From positions 4,216,001 to 4,280,000 of the forward strand of contig JAGIQG010000011.1 of assembly GCA_024679065.1 (NCBI GenBank): a stretch of DNA of 64,000 nt, read 5' to 3'. The stretch comes from Sphyrna mokarran. Taxonomy: Eukaryota. Under the pieces are notes generated by a model, which did no database searches, was not told where the DNA came from, and saw nothing but the letters and a program-made list of their open reading frames with translations. Each line of letters begins with the position of its first letter. Positions within the stretch are counted from its first letter, which is position 1. The translations under genes were made by a program, and so were the position numbers. Shown here in pieces: positions 63,720 through 64,000 of this stretch.

Positions 63720-64000
63720 TGCATTCATGGTTTGAGGCATCAGTAAGATGCCAGCATTTATATTCCATCCCTAATTTCTCCTGAGAGCTTTCTGCTTGAA
63801 TCACTGCAGTCCACGTGCTGTAAGTAGACCCATAGTGTTATTAGGTAGGGGGGTCTCAGGATTTTGACCCAGCAACAATAACGGAACACTGATTTATTTC
63901 CATGTCAGGATGGCATGTGACTCAGTATGGAGCTTGCATGTGGTGGCATCCCCATGCATCAGTTTCTCTGCTTCTAGGCATTAGAGCTCGCACCTTCAGA
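63720..64000 (-). mobile_element. 3' end of a 19960-type LINE (runs off the window)
   Basis: gccagcatttatattccatccctaatt...caggattttgacccagcaac... Confidence 0.7.

Noticed and set aside
1-64000. CRISPR arrays, operons or other prokaryotic-type systems; the remaining 60-120 aa ORFs in the track
   Set aside because: This is spliced vertebrate DNA with no regularly spaced repeat-spacer array; the short ORFs are random, exon-overlapping or TE-derived.

Overview
Eukaryotic, AT-rich vertebrate DNA, almost certainly from an elasmobranch (shark), judging by HE1/V-SINE, Deu-domain SINE, CR1 and Penelope-type repeats. The window holds the promoter and coding exons 1-16 (493 codons, + strand) of ARMC8, the GID5 subunit of the CTLH/GID E3 ubiquitin ligase. 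The gene continues past the right edge. All 16 exons join in frame across GT-AG introns. A CpG island at about 2.0-3.7 kb also appears to drive a divergent minus-strand transcript. Introns are filled with decayed retroelements. Main points of interest: (1) read-through of the exon-12 donor encodes [21 protein letters not shown], nearly the human ARMC8-beta tail as I recall it, followed by an intronic poly(A) signal; (2) short Penelope-terminus insertions with 12-13 bp TSDs and rearranged 5' ends, one carrying a minimal hammerhead ribozyme core inside a 76-bp fold-back; (3) a perfect 79-bp inverted duplication in intron 1; (4) a candidate RBFOX-flanked poison exon in intron 14; (5) a 33-bp-period NRF1 motif array in the promoter. 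Repeat boundaries are approximate, and family names come from recalled consensus sequences, not a database search.
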